Assembly: GCA_029260015.1 (NCBI GenBank)
Contig: JAJDEB010000034.1
Span: forward strand, 146,031-210,030
Direction of reading: 5' to 3'
DNA length: 64,000 nucleotides
DNA from: Phycisphaerae bacterium
GTDB lineage: Bacteria; Planctomycetota; Phycisphaerae; UBA1845
Shown: positions 38,488 to 45,997 of the stretch, in pieces
How the letters are laid out: every line of letters starts with the position of its first letter
Position numbering within the stretch: position 1 is the stretch's first letter
Position numbers and translations under genes: made by a program
The notes under the pieces: generated by a model
Database searches by the model: none
The model's input: the letters and a program-made list of their open reading frames with translations, nothing else
Told to the model about the DNA's origin: nothing

Positions 38488-39417
38488 ATGTCTGAATCGC
38501 AAACATCTTCACATCCGACAAAACTTGATCCACTTTGCACTGATCCTGATCAGATCGAGCGGATGTGGTACGTGCCACCGGAAACACCCATTCAAAGCGG
38601 GTGGATGTTGTTCAGCGAAACGCTCGTGCTAAGTCAGTTACAAGGCTGTTTCGATCAACCCGATAAAGTGAAATTCACGCCAGGTTGGCGCACGATTGCT
38701 TGGGGTATTCGCGCCATCATGGCGGTCGGGCAGGCATTGATCATGCTGTTTTGCATGATTCCCATTTTGAGTTGGTTCATGTACATGCTCTCCCGCAACA
38801 TGCCCCGCAATATCGCAGGATTTTTTGTTCGCGGGTGCTACTGGAAGGCGAAGCTGCGACACTTGGGTGTAGACACCTTCATCGACCAAGGGGTGGAATT
38901 CACTCGGGCGCACACCGTTGAAATCGGAAATCGATGTCACATCGATCGCAATGTTCTCTTTACGGTTGGCAATGATGACGGCTACATTCGCGTCGGCGAC
39001 TATACCTTCATTGGACCTTGGTGCCATATCGCGGGCCGAGGCGGCGTTGAGATTGGCCGATGTGTCGGATTGTCGGCCCGTGTACATATCTATTCAGTAT
39101 CGAACCTGCCCTTTCACGCGGAACGTCTGGGTGAATTGGTTTCGATGTCTCATAGCGTTCCCGTCGATTTTCAAAACACGGTGGAGGGTAAAGTCGAGAT
39201 TGGTGACTACGTCGTGATCGGGATGGGATCTTTGGTCCTGCCAGGCGCTTCACTGGGGCGCGGCGCGATTGTTCACCCTTATGCTGAATTGCGCACTTCG
39301 TTTGACAAGTTCGCGATTGTCTCAGGGCATGGACGGGCCAAACGCATTGGTTGGCGGCGTCCATTGCGACTCGATCCAAGACTGCAGCCAGAAAGCATGA
39401 CCGAGCAAGAAACATGA
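38488..39417 (+). CDS. Membrane-anchored hexapeptide-repeat acyltransferase
   Basis: A central TM segment reads IRAIMAVGQALIMLFCMIPILSWFMYML. LbH repeats follow (VEIGNRCHIDRNVLF, IRVGDYTFIGPWCHI, VEIGRCVGLSARVHI, VEIGDYVVIGMGSLV). Confidence 0.7.
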   Translation: MSESQTSSHPTKLDPLCTDPDQIERMWYVPPETPIQSGWMLFSETLVLSQLQGCFDQPDKVKFTPGWRTIAWGIRAIMAVGQALIMLFCMIPILSWFMYMLSRNMPRNIAGFFVRGCYWKAKLRHLGVDTFIDQGVEFTRAHTVEIGNRCHIDRNVLFTVGNDDGYIRVGDYTFIGPWCHIAGRGGVEIGRCVGLSARVHIYSVSNLPFHAERLGELVSMSHSVPVDFQNTVEGKVEIGDYVVIGMGSLVLPGASLGRGAIVHPYAELRTSFDKFAIVSGHGRAKRIGWRRPLRLDPRLQPESMTEQET

Positions 39418-41252
39418 GTACAGCAAAGTTGACGTTGGCAACAACGCTGCATGAATTGTCCGAACCGCCCACAACCATCGAGATTGCGCGCGCATCAAAA
39501 CAATTAGCGGGACTCGACTGCAACGAAGCCGGACTCAAACCACTCACGATCGGAATCGCAAGTTCGTTTACGTTTGATCCGATCATCAAGAACCTGATTG
39601 TCCGAGGGTACAGCGATGGTCTAAAACTGGAATCGTACCTCGCGCCCTATGGGCAGTACATTCCGGAACTTATGTCGCCGCAAAGTGGCCTGGTCGTGGC
39701 TAAGTCAGACGTCGTGGTGCTGGCGATTCGGCTTCAAGATGCATGCCCTGCACTCTACGAGCGGTTTAATTCCCAAGACGCAGCCTCGATTGAATCCATC
39801 TGCAATGAATGGACAAACACATTCCGCCAGGCGCTCAAGGCCTTTCGCAAACATTCGGATACACCCATTCTTTGCTGCAACTACGAGGTGCCCGCCTACC
39901 CCGCTCTCGGTTTGGCAGACGCCAAGTGTACGCCATCGCAAAACGAAACGATCGCTTCATTGAACAGGTCGCTGCAGGAAACGGCATTGCAAGTTGGCAA
40001 TGTCCATATTGTCGACATCGATGCACTTGCTAGCCGCGTGGGTCGTACTCGTATGGTTGATCCCAAACTTTGGTTCTGGGGTCGTATTCCCATCGCGAGT
40101 GAGCATCAATGGGCGTATGCAGGCGAAGTATTGCGCGTGCTGCGGGCCGTCTCTGGCAAGTCGCGAAAGGTGCTCGCACTGGATTGCGACAACACGCTAT
40201 GGGGGGGCGTGCTTGGTGACGTTGGCAAGGATGGCATCGCCCTTGGGCATGACTATCCCGGTAACGCCTTCGTCGCGCTTCAGAAGCGGGCGCTGGACCT
40301 CTATCATCGCGGCGTCGTGCTCGTCGTCGCGAGCAAGAACGAACATGCCGCGGTCAAGGACGTCTTCGAGAATCATCCCGAGATGGTATTGCGGCCAGAA
40401 CACATCAGCCATTTCGCGGTGAACTGGGAGCCCAAACCGCAGAATCTTCAACGGGTGGCTGATACGCTCAATTTGAATCTTGACAGTTTCGTATTTTTGG
40501 ACGACCACCCTGTCGAATGCGCCATGATGCGGGAAATGTTACCACAAGTTCTAACCGTCAATTTGCCCGAAGATCCGTCGCGATTTGCAGAAACGCTCGC
40601 CCGTCTCGACTGTTTCGATCAACTTGGCATCAGCGATGAAGATCGACGACGCGGCGAGATGTATCGCAAGGAAGCCGCCCGCGCCGAATTCAAAGCCGAG
40701 TCCGACGATCTCGAATCATTCTTTGTCGGTTTGGACATGCGTATCAACATCGCGTGCAACGACGAAACCAATGTGGCTCGAGCCGCCCAACTGACCCAGC
40801 GCACGAATCAATTCAACATGACGACGCGGCGACGCACTGAATCTGAGATGATCGACCTGATGCGTGCGGAAGACACCGAAGTGTGTACCATCCGGCTGAC
40901 CGATCGGTTCGGCGACAACGGGATTGTGGGGCTGGCGATTGTCCGCAGGGAAGGCAATAATGCGGTATTAGATACGTTCCTGATGAGTTGCAGGGTGCTG
41001 GGACGGTCCGTTGAAAATGCCTTTCTCGCTTGGATCGGGACACAAATGCTGCAACGTGGAGGGACGACATTGGAAGGTCGATTCATTGAAACGCTCAAGA
41101 ACAAACCCTTCGCCGGATTTTTTGAATCCTGGGGAATGACGCTCGCCGAGAAGTCCGACGACGGATCGCAACGATGGGTCTATGATCTTAATTCGGCAGC
41201 AGACGCTTTGACGATTCCCAAGTGGATTCAAATTGAAACGCAGTCATCATAA
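39414..41252 (+). CDS. FkbH-like HAD-IIIC family protein (glyceryl-ACP loading type)
   Basis: The HAD motif I block is VLALDCDNTLWGGVLGD. VVASKNEH and FVFLDDHPVE are also present, with a C-terminal GNAT-like part. I moved the start to the ATG at 39414, which overlaps the upstream stop (ATGA). Confidence 0.8.
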   Translation: MSTAKLTLATTLHELSEPPTTIEIARASKQLAGLDCNEAGLKPLTIGIASSFTFDPIIKNLIVRGYSDGLKLESYLAPYGQYIPELMSPQSGLVVAKSDVVVLAIRLQDACPALYERFNSQDAASIESICNEWTNTFRQALKAFRKHSDTPILCCNYEVPAYPALGLADAKCTPSQNETIASLNRSLQETALQVGNVHIVDIDALASRVGRTRMVDPKLWFWGRIPIASEHQWAYAGEVLRVLRAVSGKSRKVLALDCDNTLWGGVLGDVGKDGIALGHDYPGNAFVALQKRALDLYHRGVVLVVASKNEHAAVKDVFENHPEMVLRPEHISHFAVNWEPKPQNLQRVADTLNLNLDSFVFLDDHPVECAMMREMLPQVLTVNLPEDPSRFAETLARLDCFDQLGISDEDRRRGEMYRKEAARAEFKAESDDLESFFVGLDMRINIACNDETNVARAAQLTQRTNQFNMTTRRRTESEMIDLMRAEDTEVCTIRLTDRFGDNGIVGLAIVRREGNNAVLDTFLMSCRVLGRSVENAFLAWIGTQMLQRGGTTLEGRFIETLKNKPFAGFFESWGMTLAEKSDDGSQRWVYDLNSAADALTIPKWIQIETQSS

Positions 41253-41276
41253 TTTTTTAACAACCAAGGCCGAATC

Positions 41277-41525
41277 ATGAGTCAGGAAAATCGGGCGAAA
41301 CTCATCGAGATTGTCGCCACGCTCTTGGAAACGGATGCGTCGAGCATCGACAACAATAGTTCGCCGGAAACGATTGAACATTGGGACAGCATGAATCACC
41401 TAAACATTTGTGTCGCGGTGGAGCAGGAATTCGGCATTCAGCTTCAAACCGACGAGATGGCCACCATCCAAAACGTCGGTGATCTCGTGACCATGCTCAA
41501 TCGTAAGAATGTGGCGTGCGCGTGA
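41277..41525 (+). CDS. Acyl carrier protein
   Basis: The 82-aa protein is acidic. It has a phosphopantetheine-site block, IEHWDSMNHLNI (DSx motif), in a four-helix layout. Confidence 0.85.
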   Translation: MSQENRAKLIEIVATLLETDASSIDNNSSPETIEHWDSMNHLNICVAVEQEFGIQLQTDEMATIQNVGDLVTMLNRKNVACA

Positions 41526-41553
41526 CGACGCGAGTTAAGAGCAACCGTTACTC

Positions 41554-42441
41554 ATGATTGATCAGTTGAATTCATCAAAACGCATCATCAACGCCATCAG
41601 CGTCGATGTCGAAGATTGGCTGCAATCGACGATTGATTCAAAACTTCCGTTGACCAATCGCTTCCACATCAACACGCGAAAAATCCTGGAAGCCTTTGAA
41701 GCCCGAAACGTGAAGGGCACATTTTTTGTTCTGGGTCTTGCCGCAGAGCAAGCGCCTGACATGGTTCGCGAAATCCACGATGCCGGCCACGAAGTGCAAT
41801 CGCATGGATATGGGCATGAACTGGTGACGACGATTTCGCCAGACCACTTCCGCAATGACATCGAACGTTCAAAGAAAATCCTCGAAGATATCATCGGGGT
41901 CGAGGTGACGGGTTATCGGGCGCCTGCGTTCACGATTACTCAGAAAACGCTTTGGGCGCTCGACATTCTGTTGGACCTTGGATTCAAATACGATTCTTCG
42001 ATTTTCCCCGTGCGCATGAAGCGGTACGGGATTGAAGGGTCGCCCTGGTATCCATACATCGCCAAGACACCCAAAGGCCGCGAGATTCTGGAAATACCAG
42101 TTGGCTCGTTTGAAGCGGCGGGCCGACGATGGGCTACAGGCGGAGGCGGTTATTTCCGACTACTCCCCTATTCAGTGCTGCGCCGTGCAGTGCGTCAGAT
42201 GAACGATCATCAGCATTCCGCCACCATTTATATGCATCCATATGAATACGACCCGATCGAGTTCGCCGAGCTGGACTATCCGGTTCCCATGAAAATCAGA
42301 CTTCATCAAGGGCTCGGTCGTCGCGGTTTTCCCAGAAAAGTCAACCGACTGCTGACCGACTTTCGATTTGGCACGATGCAGGATGTCATCGACACGCTTG
42401 GAGAGCTAGAGACGCATGAACATCGTAGTCTTGACGGCTAA
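41554..42441 (+). CDS. Polysaccharide deacetylase family protein (NodB fold plus DUF3473-like tail; resembles the PEP-CTERM-locus subtype)
   Basis: Blocks AISVDVEDWLQ, FFVLGLAAEQAPDMVREIHDAGHEVQSHGYGH and TGYRAPAF are present. Confidence 0.8.
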   Translation: MIDQLNSSKRIINAISVDVEDWLQSTIDSKLPLTNRFHINTRKILEAFEARNVKGTFFVLGLAAEQAPDMVREIHDAGHEVQSHGYGHELVTTISPDHFRNDIERSKKILEDIIGVEVTGYRAPAFTITQKTLWALDILLDLGFKYDSSIFPVRMKRYGIEGSPWYPYIAKTPKGREILEIPVGSFEAAGRRWATGGGGYFRLLPYSVLRRAVRQMNDHQHSATIYMHPYEYDPIEFAELDYPVPMKIRLHQGLGRRGFPRKVNRLLTDFRFGTMQDVIDTLGELETHEHRSLDG

Positions 42442-43198
42442 CGTGTCACAATACTTGCCGGACTTCTTTGCCCGTTTTTTGGAATCGCAGGCATCCAGTA
42501 CGCAAGCCGTTTTCGTCGTGCCCCCACGCTATGGAAAGGAATCGACCGGGGACTTGGCGCGGAAATACATCAAGGCATTTGGTATTTGGAATTTTTCGCA
42601 CGTCGTCCTGCGAACCGTCAAGACCAAGGTGCTCAACATCCTGACGGGCGGTGGCCGCAACGGTTCTTTCTATTCCGTTCAAGGCGTTTGTAAACATCAC
42701 GGGATCGCTTGCGAAGAAGCCGACGATGTCAATGCCGAAGAATTTCGAAACAAGTTACGAGAGATGAAAACCGACCTGCTTGTTTCGGTTTCTTGTCCGC
42801 AACTATTCCGCAAACCGCTCATCGAACTTCCTCCGCTGGGCACGCTCAATGTTCACGGTGCCCAACTGCCCAAGTACCGGGGCATCCTGCCGAGCTTCTG
42901 GATGATGGCCAACGGCGAGGCGGAAGCTGGCGTCACGGTGTTTCTGGTTAACGAGGACATCGATGCCGGCGATGTGGTGGAGTCCTCGACATTCCCAATT
43001 GACCCGCATGAATCTCTCGATGGCTTCATCAAGCGGAGCAAACTCATCGCCTGCGACACGCTGCTGCGTGCGATCAAGAGAATTGAAAAAGGCGACTGTC
43101 AGACCACCCCGCTTAGCATGAAAGACGGAAGTTATTTTTCATTCCCAACACGGGCCAGTTATCGTGAATTTCTCAGGCGTGGGCGGCGATTGTGGTAA
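42416..43198 (+). CDS. Formyltransferase-domain protein (Fmt/ArnA N-terminal-like)
   Basis: The block LNVHGAQLPKYRGILPSFWMMANGEAEAGVTVFLVNEDIDAGDVV is present. The gene overlaps the deacetylase gene by 26 nt. Confidence 0.8.
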   Translation: MNIVVLTANVSQYLPDFFARFLESQASSTQAVFVVPPRYGKESTGDLARKYIKAFGIWNFSHVVLRTVKTKVLNILTGGGRNGSFYSVQGVCKHHGIACEEADDVNAEEFRNKLREMKTDLLVSVSCPQLFRKPLIELPPLGTLNVHGAQLPKYRGILPSFWMMANGEAEAGVTVFLVNEDIDAGDVVESSTFPIDPHESLDGFIKRSKLIACDTLLRAIKRIEKGDCQTTPLSMKDGSYFSFPTRASYREFLRRGRRLW

Positions 43199-43222
43199 TA
43201 TCTGGCTGAACACTTGGGATCT

Positions 43223-43237
43223 TGGCACAAGTCTGGC
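43223..43237 (+). promoter_or_regulatory. Possible sigma-54 type -24/-12 element (TGGCAC-N5-TGGC)
   Basis: I read TGGCACAAGTCTGGC, which is one mismatch from TGGCAC-N5-TTGC. It lies about 160 nt upstream of the sxtJ-like start, in the only 200-nt gap in this part of the island. Confidence 0.2.
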
Positions 43238-43398
43238 GGATTGTGCAAAAGCAGTTCTGATTGAGCGGTCGCGAAGGATCGATATACATTTGCCGGACAA
43301 GTGAATTATCGATTAACATAACGCGACTTAGAGGCTGACGTCTGCAAAATAATTGATATGCCTCGCATGATCATGATTGTGCGAAGAGTTGGGGAATT

Positions 43399-43836
43399 AT
43401 GATACAGGTCAATCGAAATCCTGATGCGAAAACGCTTCGTTCCTTCGGGATTGCAATGGTGTTTGGGTTTGGGATCATTGGCGGCCTTTTTTGGTATATC
43501 GGGCCCGACCCCAACAGTTTTTCATGGCAAGGCGTTACATCTCAGAAAACGGCGATCGGTATCTGGATTCTGGGCGCGTTGCTCGCTCTGGTCTCGATTG
43601 GACCGCGCGGCATCTCCGTTCCCGTCTACGTCGGATGGATGTCCATCGGAATGTTTTTGGGGGGGATCATGACAGTCGTTCTAATGACCGTCCTATTCGT
43701 CGTGCTCCTTCCAATCTTCACGCTGATTCGATTCAAAGATCCGCTACGGATGAAATTGAAACCACCGGGTGAAAGCTATTGGGAAGATTATCGCGAGCAC
43801 GAACCGACACTGGAACGAACCGCCCGTCCATTCTAA
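43399..43836 (+). CDS. SxtJ-like small membrane protein
   Basis: The 145-aa protein has three or four TM helices. It sits immediately upstream of a carbamoyltransferase, as sxtJ homologues typically do. Confidence 0.55.
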   Translation: MIQVNRNPDAKTLRSFGIAMVFGFGIIGGLFWYIGPDPNSFSWQGVTSQKTAIGIWILGALLALVSIGPRGISVPVYVGWMSIGMFLGGIMTVVLMTVLFVVLLPIFTLIRFKDPLRMKLKPPGESYWEDYREHEPTLERTARPF

Positions 43837-43907
43837 TTTTCGAGAGTCAGGTTTGATTGGCCCGGCTGGTTTATTGCTGTTTTCAATGGGAAGATGAATT
43901 CTTAGCC

Positions 43908-45674
43908 ATGTATATTCTAGGAATATCCTGCTATTACCACGATTCCGGTGCTGCGCTTCTCAAAGATGGGAAGCTGGTCGCGGCGGCGGAGGAAGAACGG
44001 TTCAATCGCAAAAAGCACTACAGCGAGTTTCCCAAACTTGCCGTTGAATATTGCCTTGAGGAAGCAGGCATCACGATCGACGATGTCGATTACATCTGCT
44101 TTTATGAAAAACCCCTGGTCAAGTTTTCGCGTATCCTCGAAACGATTCTGGCACGCTGGCCGCTGACTTATTGGAATTGGGTCAAAAGCATGCCCGTTTG
44201 GCTGCTGACCAAGCTGCACATCGGGCGGACCATTCAGCGCGAACTCGACACGGACAAGGATATCTATTTCTGCAAGCATCACCTGTCGCACGCAGCCAGT
44301 GCGTTTCTGGTTTCGCCGTATGAAAATGCAGCGATCATCACGGCTGACGGTGTGGGCGAATGGGCGACGACGGCTTGGGGTGTCGGTCGTGGCAGCGAGA
44401 TTGAACTACAAAAAGAGATTAGCTTTCCGCATTCGGTTGGTCTGCTGTTCAGCGCGATCACTGCGTACCTTGGTTTCCGCGTCAACGATGCCGAATGGAA
44501 GGTGATGGGACTTGCCCCTTATGGCAAGCCAACTTACCTCGATAAGTTTCGTGAAGTGGTCGACCTGCGTGAAGACGGCAGTTTTCGATTGAAGATGCAG
44601 TACTTCACGCACACGCATTCCACGTCAAAAATGTTCAATCATCGCTGGGAAGAATTGTTCGGTCGCCCCGTACGTCCCAAAGAAACCGAACTGGACCAAT
44701 TCCATATGGACATCGCCCACTCCGGCCAGAAAATGGTCGAAGAAATCATGGTCGCGATGGCCAAGCATGTTCACAAAACGACGGGCATGGACAACCTCTG
44801 CATCGCCGGCGGTGTCGGACTCAACTGTGTTGCCAACTGGCGTATCCTGAAGGAATCCGGATTCAAGGAGATCTTCATTCAGCCGGCAGCGGGCGATTCG
44901 GGTGCAGCGTTGGGGGCTGCATTTTACATGTACAACACAGTCCTCAAGAAACCGCGCGAATTTGAAATGCGTCATGCGTATTGGGGACCGGCATTCGACG
45001 ACGACAGCATTCGCAAAGCACTTGAGCGATCCGGCCTGTCGTTCACCTATCACGATCGTGAAGAAGCCCTGCTCGAACAGACGGCGGCTGCGATTGACGA
45101 TGGCAAGGTGATCGCGTGGTATCAGGGGCGGTTGGAGTTCGGACCACGGGCGCTGGGCAATCGTTCTTTGGTTGCCGATGCGCGCAATCCTAAGATGAAG
45201 GACATTATCAACGCCAAGGTCAAATTCCGCGAGGCGTTTCGTCCGTTTGCACCGAGCGTCCTGCGCGAACATGCCCATGAATACTTTGAAATGCCCGAAG
45301 GGATGGACGCGCCATTTATGCTCTTGGTGCCGAACGTGCTGCCCCATCGGCACGCAGAAGTTCCTGCGATCACGCACGAAGACGGGACCGGCCGCGTTCA
45401 AACGGTGACTGAAGAAGACAACGGGCGTTACTATCGGTTGATCAAGGCATTCTACAATCGCACCGGTACACCGCTGGTCATCAATACATCTTTCAATGTT
45501 CGCGGGGAGCCGATCGTGCTGACGCCGCAGGACGCGATTCATACGTTTATGAACACCGGAATCGATTGGCTGGTGATGGGCAACTTTGTGATTTCGGAAA
45601 AACCCGACGTCGTCGATTACGAAGCCGGTATGAAACGAAGTATTGAACTGGAAGCCAGTTCGTTGATCAAATAA
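43908..45674 (+). CDS. NodU/CmcH-family carbamoyltransferase
   Basis: Starting from the ATG at 43908 gives MYILGISCYYHDSGAALL. Further blocks are HHLSHAASAF, GGVGLNCVAN, AAGDSGAALGAA and VINTSFNVRGEPIV. Confidence 0.9.
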   Translation: MYILGISCYYHDSGAALLKDGKLVAAAEEERFNRKKHYSEFPKLAVEYCLEEAGITIDDVDYICFYEKPLVKFSRILETILARWPLTYWNWVKSMPVWLLTKLHIGRTIQRELDTDKDIYFCKHHLSHAASAFLVSPYENAAIITADGVGEWATTAWGVGRGSEIELQKEISFPHSVGLLFSAITAYLGFRVNDAEWKVMGLAPYGKPTYLDKFREVVDLREDGSFRLKMQYFTHTHSTSKMFNHRWEELFGRPVRPKETELDQFHMDIAHSGQKMVEEIMVAMAKHVHKTTGMDNLCIAGGVGLNCVANWRILKESGFKEIFIQPAAGDSGAALGAAFYMYNTVLKKPREFEMRHAYWGPAFDDDSIRKALERSGLSFTYHDREEALLEQTAAAIDDGKVIAWYQGRLEFGPRALGNRSLVADARNPKMKDIINAKVKFREAFRPFAPSVLREHAHEYFEMPEGMDAPFMLLVPNVLPHRHAEVPAITHEDGTGRVQTVTEEDNGRYYRLIKAFYNRTGTPLVINTSFNVRGEPIVLTPQDAIHTFMNTGIDWLVMGNFVISEKPDVVDYEAGMKRSIELEASSLIK

Positions 45675-45712
45675 ACAAAACGCAGTCTCTGTAAACTGGA
45701 AAACAACGAGTC

Positions 45713-45871
45713 ATGGCCAAGCAATCACTATTCAAAGAGTTCTTCGCCTTTATCAAGCACGAGAAGAAATGGTGGATGATTCCTTTGGTCACCGTCTTGT
45801 TATTGGTCGGTGGTTTGATTCTTTTCAGTAGTACATCACCGCTTGCGCCGTTTATCTATCCGTTATTCTGA
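45713..45871 (+). CDS. 52-aa DUF5989/SxtK-like membrane peptide (below the ORF-track cutoff)
   Basis: I read MAKQSLFKEFFAFIKHEKKWWMIPLVTVLLLVGGLILFSSTSPLAPFIYPLF followed by TGA at 45869-45871. It starts 38 nt after the carbamoyltransferase stop. Confidence 0.65.
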   Translation: MAKQSLFKEFFAFIKHEKKWWMIPLVTVLLLVGGLILFSSTSPLAPFIYPLF

Positions 45872-45997
45872 TTCCTCGGTTACCGATCCATTCAATGGTA
45901 TCCGTGTGCGACTTTCGAGAATGCGCAGGTGGTCTTGCGCATCTTCCAGTTGACGCGGCGCCGTCCCAACGATTTGACCTCTAGAGAGTGAATTTCC

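Noticed and set aside
44625-45542. A 305-aa minus-strand ORF inside the carbamoyltransferase gene
   Set aside because: It is in the codon-aligned antisense phase (the triplet starting at 45540 is 0 mod 3, as is the sense frame from 43857). It has no recognisable motif and a composition typical of antisense translation. The sense frame has strong NodU/CmcH motifs.
45921-45942. A hairpin (ATGCGCA / TGCGCAT, 8-nt loop) after the 52-aa gene, and a similar 7-bp inverted repeat at about 51346-51376
   Set aside because: The stems are short, there is no U-tract, and the loops are large. They are not distinguishable from chance palindromes.
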